NCBI GenBank assembly: GCA_016191425.1
Contig: JACPOR010000021.1
Span: forward strand, 84,312 to 148,311
Direction of reading: 5' to 3'
DNA: 64,000 nt
Source: Chloroflexota bacterium
GTDB lineage: Bacteria; Chloroflexota; Limnocylindria; Limnocylindrales; CSP1-4
Part shown: positions 45,825 to 56,003 of the stretch, piece after piece
How positions within the stretch are numbered: position 1 is the first letter of the stretch
How the letters are laid out: each line of letters opens with the position of its first letter
Notes under the pieces: generated by a model
Seen by the model: only the letters and a program-made list of their open reading frames with translations
Databases searched by the model: none
Told to the model about the DNA's origin: nothing
Translations under genes and position numbers: made by a program

Positions 45825-46493
45825 ATGAAGCTCTTCCTCGATACCGCCGACATCAGCGAGATCCGGACCGTCGCCCGCTGGGGCGTCCTCGACGGGGTCA
45901 CTACCAACCCGAGCCTCTTCGCCCGGACCTCGGGGATGACCTACGACGAAGTCCTCGCCGAGATCTGCACGATCACCGACGGGCCGGTCTCGGCCGAGGT
46001 CGTGGCGGACGACGTCGATGGCATGCTCTCGGAAGGCCGGCACTTCGCCAAGATCGCCGACAACATCGTGGTCAAGGTCCCGATGTCGGAAACGGGTCTG
46101 GAGGCCATCAGCCGGTTCGCAGCCGAGGGCATCAGCACCAACTGCACGCTGATCTTCACTGCCAATCAGGGTCTCCTCGCGGCCAAGGCCGGGGCGTCGC
46201 TCCTGTCACCGTTCGTCGGCCGCCTCGATGACATCAACGAGGAGGGGATGGTCGTCATCCGCGAGCTGTCGGACATCATCCGGTTCCACGAGATCGAATC
46301 CGAGGTCCTCTCGGCCTCGATCCGCCACCCCCGACACGTCACCGACTCGGCCCTGGCCGGGGCCCACATCGCGACGCTGCCGTTCAAGATCTTCCAGCAG
46401 ATGGTTCATCACCCGCTCACGGACAAGGGCATCGTCCAGTTCCGGGCCGACTGGGACGCGGCGCGCAAGGCACTGAAGGCCGCGAAGGACTGA
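45825..46493 (+). CDS. tal: transaldolase / fructose-6-phosphate aldolase family (short type)
   Basis: MKLFLDTADISEI, TTNPSL, VKVP and SPFVGR motifs. Confidence 0.9.
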   Translation: MKLFLDTADISEIRTVARWGVLDGVTTNPSLFARTSGMTYDEVLAEICTITDGPVSAEVVADDVDGMLSEGRHFAKIADNIVVKVPMSETGLEAISRFAAEGISTNCTLIFTANQGLLAAKAGASLLSPFVGRLDDINEEGMVVIRELSDIIRFHEIESEVLSASIRHPRHVTDSALAGAHIATLPFKIFQQMVHHPLTDKGIVQFRADWDAARKALKAAKD

Positions 46494-46527
46494 TCGAGGC
46501 GGTCTCTTCGGGCGCTCGTGCCAGACC

Positions 46528-46623
46528 GCCGGACGAACGAACGCGCCAAGGGACGAAGGCGCTGCCGGACAAACACGCCGCGGGACGAAGGCGCTGCCGA
46601 ACGAACGCGCCACGGGCGGGCGG
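46528..46623. repeat. 32-36-nt tandem repeat x2.8
   Basis: gccggacgaacgaacgcgccaagggacgaaggcgct / gccggacaaacacgccgcgggacgaaggcgct / gccgaacgaacgcgccacgggcgggcgg. It lies between the convergent tal and menG stops. Confidence 0.8.
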
Positions 46624-46631
46624 TCAGGCAA

Positions 46632-47354
46632 TCAGGGACGGCGCCCGACGTGTAGGGTGACCATGCCGAACGTCATCGGCGTCCACGTGACCTCGACGAG
46701 GCCGGCTCGCTCCATGATTGCCACGATGCGATTCGGCGACGGATACGCCCTGACGCTGGCCACGAGATATCGATAGGCATCGCCCTGTCCGGCCAGCCGT
46801 CCTATCCTCGGGACGATCGCCTCGAACCAGACGCGTCCGAGGCGGCCGACCGCCGACGCCGGCCGCGCGATCTCGAGGCAGGCTACGATTCCGCCCGGAC
46901 GAACCGCCCGCGTCATTTCGGCGAACCCGCGCCGGTAGTCGGGCAGATTGCGCATCCCGAACGCGATGGTGGCCGCATCGAACGACGCGTCGGTGACCGG
47001 CAGGGCCATCGCGTCGCCGACACAAAACGTGAGCTGCACAGGCCCGCCCGCGTGTGCCCGCGCCCGCTCGAGCATCCCCGGCGAGATGTCCACGCCGACG
47101 ACACGGCCCGTCGCGCCCACGCGCCGCGCCAGGTCGCGTGCGACGGCTCCCGTTCCAGTCGCCACGTCCAGCGCTGCCATCCCCGGTCGGAGGCCGCAGG
47201 CCGCCACGAGCCCGCGACGCCAGCGCGGTTCCTGAAACCCCGAGATGACGGCGTTCAGGGAATCGTAGCTACCGGCGATGCGGTCGAACATCGCGCCGAC
47301 CTCGGCCGACGGCGCTGGGTTGCCGGGGTCCGAATGCTCCGGTCTGTCGCTCAC
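46632..47354 (-). CDS. demethylmenaquinone/ubiquinone methyltransferase (UbiE/MenG family)
   Basis: MFDRIAGSYDSLN, LDVATGTG and AFGMRN motifs. Confidence 0.85.
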   Translation of the reverse strand: MSDRPEHSDPGNPAPSAEVGAMFDRIAGSYDSLNAVISGFQEPRWRRGLVAACGLRPGMAALDVATGTGAVARDLARRVGATGRVVGVDISPGMLERARAHAGGPVQLTFCVGDAMALPVTDASFDAATIAFGMRNLPDYRRGFAEMTRAVRPGGIVACLEIARPASAVGRLGRVWFEAIVPRIGRLAGQGDAYRYLVASVRAYPSPNRIVAIMERAGLVEVTWTPMTFGMVTLHVGRRP

Positions 47355-48520
47355 ACGGAAGCCTGGGACCGGTCGACCTCGACCCAGCGCTTCTCGCGGG
47401 CACTGAGGGCGATCGCGTCATTGACGAGCATCTCGTCGTGGCCGGCCGCGAACGTGGCATAGGGCGGGTCGGCATTGGGCCGGCCCACCGCGACGTCGGC
47501 ATAGATCGCCCGGAACAGCGCCCCGAACGAGTCCCCGAACCCCTCGACGTGTCCCCCGGGCAGCGTGGAGGCTGCCCGGCCCGCGGGTCCCATCAAGGCC
47601 GGGTCGCGAAGGAGGATCTCATTCGGCCGATCCCGGTGTCCCAACCAGAGGTGGTCCGGGGTTTCCGAATCCCAGGCGGCGGCACTCTCGGCTCCGTCGA
47701 TCTCCCACTGGAGCGAGTTCTTGCGGCCGGCGCTGATCTGCGAGACGGCCAGCGACCCGCGCGCACCATTGGCAAAGCGGAGGAGGATCGTCGCGACGTC
47801 CTCCGTGACGATCCGGCGGACTGTACCGTTCGCGGAGCGGAGGGTAGAGAACGTCTCGACGGGACCGACCGGCTGCTGCCGTGTATTGACGAAGGTCGCC
47901 ATATCGGCCATCACCGACACGATCGACTGACCCGTCACGAACGCCATGAGGTCCAGCCAGTGGGAGCCGATGTCACCCACTGCACGGAGTGCACCGCCCA
48001 GCTCCGTATCCAGCCGCCAGTTCCAGTCCGTGTCGTGGAGGAGCCAGTCCTGGAAGTAGTGACCGGTCACGAGGCGCACGTCGCCGAGGCCTCCGCCCGC
48101 GATGACCTCGCGCATATGCTGCTGGACGGGGTAGAAGCGGATGTTGAAGTTGACCGCGTTGACGAGTCCGGACGTCTCGGCCAGTCGGACGAGTTCGCCG
48201 GATTCGGCGGCCGACAACGCGAGGGGTTTCTCACAGACCACGTGTTTGCCCCCGGCGAGGATCGCCGCGGCCTGCGGTACATGGAGGTTGTTGGGCGAGG
48301 TTACGTGGACGACATCGACTGACGGGTCGCCCAGGACCTCGTCGAGGTGTCTGTAGGCGCGGCGGACGTTGAGCGCTTCCGCACGCGCCGCGCCGCGCTC
48401 GGGAGTGCTGCCGAGGACGCCGCGTACATCCACGCCAATCCGGCGGAGAGCCTCGACGTGGACGGTTCCGATGAACCCAGTCCCGATTACGGCGGCACCG
48501 ATGTCGGCGAACCTGCGCAT
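47351..48520 (-). CDS. Gfo/Idh/MocA family oxidoreductase
   Basis: From MRRFADIGAAVIGTGFIGTVH (Rossmann fold), then VVCEKPLA. It overlaps the UbiE/MenG-family gene start by 4 nt. The upstream part of the track ORF covers the 19-nt repeat. Confidence 0.8.
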   Translation of the reverse strand: MRRFADIGAAVIGTGFIGTVHVEALRRIGVDVRGVLGSTPERGAARAEALNVRRAYRHLDEVLGDPSVDVVHVTSPNNLHVPQAAAILAGGKHVVCEKPLALSAAESGELVRLAETSGLVNAVNFNIRFYPVQQHMREVIAGGGLGDVRLVTGHYFQDWLLHDTDWNWRLDTELGGALRAVGDIGSHWLDLMAFVTGQSIVSVMADMATFVNTRQQPVGPVETFSTLRSANGTVRRIVTEDVATILLRFANGARGSLAVSQISAGRKNSLQWEIDGAESAAAWDSETPDHLWLGHRDRPNEILLRDPALMGPAGRAASTLPGGHVEGFGDSFGALFRAIYADVAVGRPNADPPYATFAAGHDEMLVNDAIALSAREKRWVEVDRSQASV

Positions 48521-48533
48521 GATTCCAAGCCAT

Positions 48534-48609
48534 GATCCAATGCGGGAGCGACGGTCCAATGCGGGAGCGCCGATCCAGTGTCGGAGCGACGGTCCAATGC
48601 GGGCGATCG
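48534..48609. repeat. 19-nt tandem repeat x4 (GRTCCAATGCGGGAGCGMC)
   Basis: Units at 48534..48552, 48553..48571, 48572..48590 and 48591..48609. The array begins 14 nt upstream of the oxidoreductase start codon (reverse strand). Confidence 0.9.
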
Positions 48610-48864
48610 ACCGAAGTTCACCGTTAGCGTATCGGATCAGGGCGTCCTCCAGGATTGTTGCCGGCGATGCCAACGAGCACACCCGCCGAATACCCCGCCT
48701 CCGTCGGCATCGATGGGTAACGGACGTACGGAACGAGTACACGTGATGATTGACGAGGGACCCGAGGCGGTCCATACTTCGTGCATTCCCCACCCGTCCG
48801 CGCCGCGGACTCTTCCCGCGCGGTCGAATGGTCCCTCCTTGCATGTGCAGGTGGCCCCTTTCCG

Positions 48865-50241
<1,377 letters not shown>

Positions 50242-50277
50242 GGCCGTTCGGCCTACCTGTGCGGGCCATCGGAGGGT

Positions 50278-50490
50278 TTGCGCGCGTTGAAGGACCCGTG
50301 GTAAGGTCCGGCCGAGTCGGCGCCCGCGGAGGAGTGGGCAGCGGCCGCGAAACACGAGACCCCAGCTCAAGACATCGCGGATCTAGGGCGGTCCCACCCA
50401 GGAGGTTCTGTGCTCCGAACACAGCGACCGTCCGTCAGGAGACCATATTGCTGAACGCCCCAGTCGGCGTAACGCGCGCAATCGCGCGCT
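50278..50490 (+). promoter_or_regulatory. structured 5' leader, possible cyclic-di-AMP (ydaO-type) riboswitch
   Basis: The outer helix pairs GCGCGCG (50280..50286) with CGCGCGC (50473..50479). That 3' strand can instead form the hairpin GCGCGC-AAUC-GCGCGC (50474..50489). Internal hairpins are GGACC..GGUCC, CCGC..GCGG and CUGUG-CUCCGAA-CACAG. Fragments resemble ydaO consensus pieces (CCGAAC, CCGUCAG, CGUAAC-GCG). The downstream gene is a LysM/M23 cell-wall hydrolase, a classic ydaO regulon member. Confidence 0.35.
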
Positions 50491-50573
50491 TCCGTCAGAC
50501 CACGAGCGAGCGATCACGTCGAGCCAAGCGCTTCCAGGGCCGATCGAGTGTTCACCACCGATCCGTCAGGACG

Positions 50574-51767
50574 ATGCGGAGCCTCGGCGCACGGATCGCC
50601 GTTTTCGCCCACCTCGCCCGCCTGGGACCGCGCCCGGCTGGAAGCCCACGCCGGGCTTCGATTCGTCACAGAGCTGCGGTTCGCCTCTCGTCCGAACAGG
50701 TGCTGCCGGTCATCGCGGCAATCGTCGTGCTCGGTGCGAGCCTCGTCAGCTTCCAGCCCGCAACCGCGGTCGGTGGGACCGGTTCCGTCGACGGTCCGGG
50801 ATCCGCGCCCAGGCTTGCCATCGGCGGTGCGTCCGATCGGCTTGACCCCTTCGAGATGGAGGCCGTGGCGGGAGCCACCCGGGCGAAGAGCGAACCCGCA
50901 CCCGCCTCGGTCGAGAGCTATGCGGCCGATGGCACCATCTACAAGCCGGTGGCCGTCGATACCATGGTCGCCGACGGCAAGGATCTGCTCCAGACCTACA
51001 CCGTCAAGTCCGGCGACTCCCTGACGGGCATCGCCAGCCGCTACGGCGTCTCGATGATGACGATCTGGTGGGCGAACAAGCTCACCGCCAAGGATCAGCT
51101 CCGTGTCGGCCAGAAGTTGACCATCCCGCCCGTGAACGGGCTGGTGATCACGGTCAAGGCAGGCGACACGCTCGAGTCGCTCGCCGCCCAGTACAAGGTT
51201 GACGGCGCCGATATCCTCGCCGTCAACGAGCTCGAGGACCCGAATCTCATCATCGGCCAGACGCTCATCCTGCCGGATGCCGCAGGCGCCCCGATCGCCA
51301 CGCCCAAGCCAGCCCCGCCGTCGCGATCGTCGGTCAGCGGTGGTGGTTCGTCGCGAAGCGGTGGCGGCGGCCCGTCGACCTACAGCGGCGGCAACTTCGC
51401 CTGGCCACTCGTCGGTGGTGGCAACTACATCAGCCGGGGCTTCATCTACGGCCACGGCGGGCTCGATATTGCGGCCGACTACGGAACGAAGGTCATCGCT
51501 GCCGCTGCCGGACAGGTGACATTCGCCGGATGGAAGAACAACGGTGGCGGGTACCAGGTCTGGATCGCTCACGGCTCGGGACTGTTCACGACCTACAACC
51601 ACCTGGCCTCGGTTTCTGTCGCCGTCGGCGAATCCGTTGGCCGGGGCGAGCAGATCGGGCGCAACGGCTCGAGCGGCAACTCCACCGGTCCACATACACA
51701 CTTCGAGGTCTGGATCGGGCCCATCTGGAACGGCGGTTACCGGGTCAATCCGCTCCGATACCTCTGA
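50574..51767 (+). CDS. LysM-domain M23 family peptidoglycan metalloendopeptidase
   Basis: One TM helix (VLPVIAAIVVLGASLV). Two LysM repeats (YTVKSGDSLTGIASRYG; ITVKAGDTLESLAAQY). M23 motifs HGGLDIA and GPHTHFEV. The start is uncertain. Confidence 0.85.
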   Translation: MRSLGARIAVFAHLARLGPRPAGSPRRASIRHRAAVRLSSEQVLPVIAAIVVLGASLVSFQPATAVGGTGSVDGPGSAPRLAIGGASDRLDPFEMEAVAGATRAKSEPAPASVESYAADGTIYKPVAVDTMVADGKDLLQTYTVKSGDSLTGIASRYGVSMMTIWWANKLTAKDQLRVGQKLTIPPVNGLVITVKAGDTLESLAAQYKVDGADILAVNELEDPNLIIGQTLILPDAAGAPIATPKPAPPSRSSVSGGGSSRSGGGGPSTYSGGNFAWPLVGGGNYISRGFIYGHGGLDIAADYGTKVIAAAAGQVTFAGWKNNGGGYQVWIAHGSGLFTTYNHLASVSVAVGESVGRGEQIGRNGSSGNSTGPHTHFEVWIGPIWNGGYRVNPLRYL

Positions 51768-51777
51768 TCCCGGCTCG

Positions 51778-51806
51778 CGGCTGCCGCCGCATCGAACCGG
51801 CAGCCG
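51778..51806 (+). terminator. perfect 9-bp hairpin after the M23 peptidase gene
   Basis: CGGCUGCCG-(11 nt loop)-CGGCAGCCG, 11 nt after the stop. There is no U-tract, so intrinsic-terminator function is uncertain. Confidence 0.3.
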
Positions 51807-51863
51807 GCAACCGCCCTTCGCGCCCGTGGCCGTCGCGCCGCGAGCTCGTGGGAAGATAGTCCA

Positions 51864-53177
51864 ATGTTTCTCGACCGCGTCAAGATCCTCGTTCGCGCCG
51901 GAGCCGGCGGGGACGGTGCCGCCACCTTTCGGCAGGAGGCGCACGTGCCGCGCGGTGGGCCGGACGGCGGTGACGGAGGGCGAGGCGGTTCCATCCACCT
52001 GACCGTGGACCCTGGTCAGACCACCCTGCGCGACTTTTCCTACCGGCACCACTTCCGGGCCGACTCCGGGGGTCGTGGCTCGCGTGCCCGGCGTCATGGC
52101 AAGGCCGGTGGCGACCTGGTCCTCGCGGTTCCTCCCGGGACCGCCGTCTACGACGATGAGACCGGGGAGCTGATCGCCGACCTTGTTGCGAGCGGTCAAG
52201 CGGCGATGGTTGCGCGCGGTGGACGGGGCGGCCTCGGCAACACGCACTTCAAGACGTCGACCCACCAGGCCCCCAGGCACGCCCAGAAGGGCGAGCCGGG
52301 CCAGGAACGATGGGTCCGCCTCGAGCTCCGCCTGATCGCCGACATCGGTCTCGTCGGCCTGCCGAACGCCGGCAAGTCGACGCTGCTCGCGGCCCTGACC
52401 GCGGCGCATCCGAAGATCGCCGACTACCCCTTCACCACGCTCGAGCCGAACCTCGGGGTCATGGACCTCGGGATCGAGGACCGTCGACTGCCGACGATCG
52501 CCGATGTCCCCGGCCTCATCGAAGGTGCCAGTGAGGGCGCCGGGCTCGGCCATGCCTTCCTGCGCCACATCGAGCGCACGCGCGTGCTCGTCCACCTGGT
52601 GGATGGTGCGGCCCGGGATCCCGAATGGGACCACCAGGTCATCCGCGATGAGCTCCTCGCTCATGACCCCGTGCTCCTGGAAAAGCCGATCCTTGTCGCG
52701 TTCAACAAGGTGGATCTGCCCGTCGCGGCCGAGGCCTGGCCGGCATTCCAGCGTGCTCGGCGGAGCGAAGGCATTCCGGTCCTCGCCATTGCCGCATCCG
52801 AGGGCCGCGGCATCACTGCCTTCCGAACAGCGCTCGGCAAGCTGCTTCCCAGTGCCGAGACGCTGGCCGAACCTCCGGAGCCGACCGGCGTCGTCGTTCA
52901 TCGGATCGAGACCCTGGAGGACGGGTTCGGCGTCGAACGGGACGCCGACGGGGCCTTCCGCGTCCGCGGCCGACGGGTCGAGCGACTCGCCGCGCAGACG
53001 AACTTCGATGTCGAGGAGTCGAGCGAGCGATTCCAGCGGGATCTCGAGCGGATGGGCGTCGACGCCGAACTGCGTCGGGCGGGCATCGCGCGCGGAGATC
53101 TGGTTCGGTTCGGCGAGGTTGAGCTCGAATGGAGCGGCGAGGCGTGGTCCGCCGAGCGTTGGGCGGAGCCAGAGTGA
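51864..53177 (+). CDS. obg: GTPase Obg/CgtA
   Basis: MFLDRVKILVRAGAGGDGA, the GGDGGRGG glycine-rich Obg fold, and GLPNAGKST. Confidence 0.95.
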   Translation: MFLDRVKILVRAGAGGDGAATFRQEAHVPRGGPDGGDGGRGGSIHLTVDPGQTTLRDFSYRHHFRADSGGRGSRARRHGKAGGDLVLAVPPGTAVYDDETGELIADLVASGQAAMVARGGRGGLGNTHFKTSTHQAPRHAQKGEPGQERWVRLELRLIADIGLVGLPNAGKSTLLAALTAAHPKIADYPFTTLEPNLGVMDLGIEDRRLPTIADVPGLIEGASEGAGLGHAFLRHIERTRVLVHLVDGAARDPEWDHQVIRDELLAHDPVLLEKPILVAFNKVDLPVAAEAWPAFQRARRSEGIPVLAIAASEGRGITAFRTALGKLLPSAETLAEPPEPTGVVVHRIETLEDGFGVERDADGAFRVRGRRVERLAAQTNFDVEESSERFQRDLERMGVDAELRRAGIARGDLVRFGEVELEWSGEAWSAERWAEPE

Positions 53178-53863
53178 CCGAACCAACCTCGGGGCCCTCG
53201 CCCGAGTTCGTTGGCCCGTTCCGGCACATCCGGCCCGACGCATTCGGCGTGATGGGCGGGACGTTCGATCCCATCCACGTCGGGCATCTCGCCGTTGCCG
53301 AGGAGGCCCGCGAAGTCCTGGGCCTGGCCACGATCCTGTTCGTGCCGGCCGGGATTCCGCCGCACAAGCTCGGGGGCGCCGCCGTATCGGCCGAGGATCG
53401 CGTGGCGATGGTCAGCCTTGCGATTCGTGGGAACAAGGCCTTTGAACTCAGTCGCGTGGACGTGGATCGAGCAGGCCCGTCCTACACCGCGGACACGATC
53501 GCCCTGCTCAGGGAGGAGCGACGCACGGCTGGCCACGACCCGGACGTGACCGTGATCATGTCGACCGAGACGCTCGCCGGCCTGCCCTCGTGGCGCGAAC
53601 CGCGGCGACTCGTCGGCCAGTGTCGCGTGGCGGTCGTGCCGCGTGAGGGCCACGATGGACCGACCCGGGCCTGGCTCACGGAGCACTTCCAGGGCCTGGA
53701 GGACCACTTCGACCTGCTCGCCGCGCCTCGACTCGGCATCTCGTCTACGGCGATCCGTGAGCGTGTTGCTGCAGGTCGCTCCATTCGGTATCTCGTCCCG
53801 GAGGCGGTTGAGCGCCATATCGCGGATCATCACCTGTACGCCCGCGCGAATCGCACGGGTTGA
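53174..53863 (+). CDS. nadD: nicotinate-nucleotide adenylyltransferase
   Basis: GVMGGTFDPIHVGH motif; GTGA overlap with the obg stop. Confidence 0.85.
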   Translation: MTEPTSGPSPEFVGPFRHIRPDAFGVMGGTFDPIHVGHLAVAEEAREVLGLATILFVPAGIPPHKLGGAAVSAEDRVAMVSLAIRGNKAFELSRVDVDRAGPSYTADTIALLREERRTAGHDPDVTVIMSTETLAGLPSWREPRRLVGQCRVAVVPREGHDGPTRAWLTEHFQGLEDHFDLLAAPRLGISSTAIRERVAAGRSIRYLVPEAVERHIADHHLYARANRTG

Positions 53864-54501
53864 CAACCACCGAGGACCACTTGCCCGTGACCAAGCCCGT
53901 GACCAGCCCTGCGACCAGCCCTGGGACCAAGGTCGTGACCATGCCCGCCGCGAAGGCTGCCGGCAGGTCAGCCCGACCATCCCTCATCGAGAGTCCGTCG
54001 GCGGGCGATGCCGTTGCGGAGGTGGCGGTCGCCGACGCCGACACCCCGGTGACGACGCTCGCCGAGGTTGCGAGTCCGACTGGTCCGGCGTCGACGGACA
54101 TGCCTCGCCGGGTCCGGGCCGTCGCCAAGGCCCGCAAGGCCGCCGCGGCTGCGGATCGCTCTGCCCTCGATGTCGCGCGCCGGATCGTCGAACTCGCCGA
54201 AGACAAGAAGGCCGCCGACATCGTCCTCCTCGATCTCGGGGGTCTCACGACACTGGCGGATTACTTCGTGATCTGTTCGGGAGGGTCGGAACGCCAGCTC
54301 GACGCGATCGCCGACGGGATCATCGGAGGTATGCGAGACGAGAAGATCAGGCCGTTCGGGCGGGAGGGAACTCCGGCATCGCACTGGGTCCTCGTCGACT
54401 TCGGAATCGTGATCGTCCACATCTTCACGCCCCCGGAGCGCGACTTCTACCAGCTCGAGAAGCACTGGTCGGAGGCCAGGACCATCCTTCGAGTCCAGTA
54501 A
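53860..54501 (+). CDS. rsfS: ribosome silencing factor RsfS with repeat-containing N-terminal extension
   Basis: The C-terminal 110 aa (KKAADIVLLDL...LADYFVICSG.SERQLDAIAD...WVLVDFG.VIVHIF) are canonical RsfS. TTGA overlap with the nadD stop. An alternative ATG lies at 53941. Confidence 0.8.
   Translation: MTTTEDHLPVTKPVTSPATSPGTKVVTMPAAKAAGRSARPSLIESPSAGDAVAEVAVADADTPVTTLAEVASPTGPASTDMPRRVRAVAKARKAAAAADRSALDVARRIVELAEDKKAADIVLLDLGGLTTLADYFVICSGGSERQLDAIADGIIGGMRDEKIRPFGREGTPASHWVLVDFGIVIVHIFTPPERDFYQLEKHWSEARTILRVQ
53884..53943. repeat. 12-nt tandem repeat x5 (CCCGTGACCAAG), in frame in the rsfS 5' extension
   Basis: cccgtgaccaag cccgtgaccagc cctgcgaccagc cctgggaccaag gtcgtgaccatg, which reads PVTK PVTS PATS PGTK VVTM. 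Confidence 0.85.
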
Positions 54502-54542
54502 CAGGGCACCAGCCGTACCGGGGCTCCCCGTACCGTCGGGTC

Positions 54543-54827
54543 ATGTTGGCGCGGAGTGCAGCCTTGCACCATCGCTGCATGCCACCCGTTCGCGAACGAT
54601 GTCCCGCCTGCCGGCGTCGCCTCATCACCACCCGGTTCGATACGGCGTTCCGCATGGCCGATCAATCCGAGCGACTGTGCTTCGGCATCCCCGGCGGACT
54701 GTGCGAAGACTGCCACCAGCTCTACATCGATCCGGAGCTGATCGAGCTGCTCGATCTCGCTGCGGGTCGCTGTACCTTCGCCATCGAGAGCGATCTCGTG
54801 ATCCAGGAGCAGGCCTGGTCGGCATGA
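54543..54827 (+). CDS. small hypothetical Cys-rich protein (CxxC ... CxxC)
   Basis: ...RERCPACRRRLITTRFDTAFRMADQSERLCFGIPGGLCEDCHQLYIDPELIELLDL... Protein-like composition at the tail of track ORF 53643..54827. Start at 54543 or 54579. Confidence 0.45.
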   Translation: MLARSAALHHRCMPPVRERCPACRRRLITTRFDTAFRMADQSERLCFGIPGGLCEDCHQLYIDPELIELLDLAAGRCTFAIESDLVIQEQAWSA

Positions 54828-54895
54828 GCCACCGGTCGGCATGAGCCGCCGGTCGGCATGAGCCTCCGGTCGGCGTGAGCCACCGGTCGCCGCGG
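54817..54895. repeat. 17-nt tandem repeat x4.6 (GGTCGGCATGAGCCNCC), first unit contains the upstream stop codon
   Basis: Units at 54817..54833, 54834..54850, 54851..54867 and 54868..54884, plus a partial. The TGA at 54825..54827 is inside unit 1. Confidence 0.9.
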
Positions 54896-54905
54896 TCCCG
54901 ACGGA

Positions 54906-55997
54906 TCAGACGGTCGAACCGACCCGATCGGACACCCACAGGTCGAACGCCAGCCTGATCTGGCCCTCCCCGGCGCTCGTGCCTCCGACACCCTTCACGC
55001 GTGCATCCAGCTCGAGCAGGCCCTCCAGGGCGCCACCGAGATCGGCGACGGTCCAGCCCCGTGCCTGGCGCGCCAGCGTCTCCGCCCGAAACGGCTGGAG
55101 GCGCATTGACCTCACCAGTGAACCCGGCGACTCTCCAGTCGCCAGGCGATCGGCGACCTCGATGAGTTCCCGAAGGCGCCGATGGAGCACGGCGAGCAAA
55201 ACCGGTTCGGGCGTGCCGTCCAAGAGCGGCTCCAGGAGGTCAAGAGCACGCGCCCGCTGTCGCATCCCGACCGCGTCCACGAACCCCCAGATTGTTCCCG
55301 GCTCGGCTTCCGGCACGAGCGCACGAACGTCATCCACGGAGATCGTGGCCGTGGAGATCGCGGCGTCGACCGTCGCTCCGCTGCCTTCGACACGCGGCGC
55401 GGCACGGAAGAGGCAGAGCTTGTCGAGTTCCATGACCGCCAGCCGGCCCTGATTCCGGCGATCGACGTCGCCTTCGCGGACGAACCCGCCGACACGTGTC
55501 GCGAGTTCGCGGGCGGCGCCTGGCCCGAGGGTCATCTGGCGCTCACGTGCTCGAGCGTCGATCCAGGCTGCGAGTGCCCCCTCGCGGGGCGCCTCGAACC
55601 GGCGGACCGGTCCACCGGCGGCCCGGATCGCGTCCGCGAACGCCTTCGCCGGGGGATCCTTCCTGCCGGATTCCGTTTCCTCGGCCACCACGAGAGCGTT
55701 GCCATCGGCAATGAGGCCGATCGACTCCAGGAGGTACTCGCGATCGGTGCCCTTGCGGACGAGCTGACCCGCGTTCGTGAGGATGGCCATCGTGCCGGCG
55801 CCGAACATGGTCCCGGTCGACAGGCGAGCTCGGAGCTCGCCCAGCATCCGCGTGGCGTCACCGATCTCGGCCCGAACGCGCCAGCGTTCCGGTGCCCCTG
55901 ACGGGAAGCGGGCGCCGTCGTTCCGAAGGGAATCCACTGCGGCCTCGATCCCGTAGCTGTCGTCTCCCCAGAAGTAGGCGACGACTGGACCACTCAC
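54906..55997 (-). CDS. holA: DNA polymerase III delta subunit
   Basis: Size, position after comEC, and the pattern VVAYFWGDDSY...MFGAGTMAIL...LDKL are typical of HolA. Confidence 0.75.
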   Translation of the reverse strand: MSGPVVAYFWGDDSYGIEAAVDSLRNDGARFPSGAPERWRVRAEIGDATRMLGELRARLSTGTMFGAGTMAILTNAGQLVRKGTDREYLLESIGLIADGNALVVAEETESGRKDPPAKAFADAIRAAGGPVRRFEAPREGALAAWIDARARERQMTLGPGAARELATRVGGFVREGDVDRRNQGRLAVMELDKLCLFRAAPRVEGSGATVDAAISTATISVDDVRALVPEAEPGTIWGFVDAVGMRQRARALDLLEPLLDGTPEPVLLAVLHRRLRELIEVADRLATGESPGSLVRSMRLQPFRAETLARQARGWTVADLGGALEGLLELDARVKGVGGTSAGEGQIRLAFDLWVSDRVGSTV

Positions 55998-56003
55998 AGC
56001 AGT

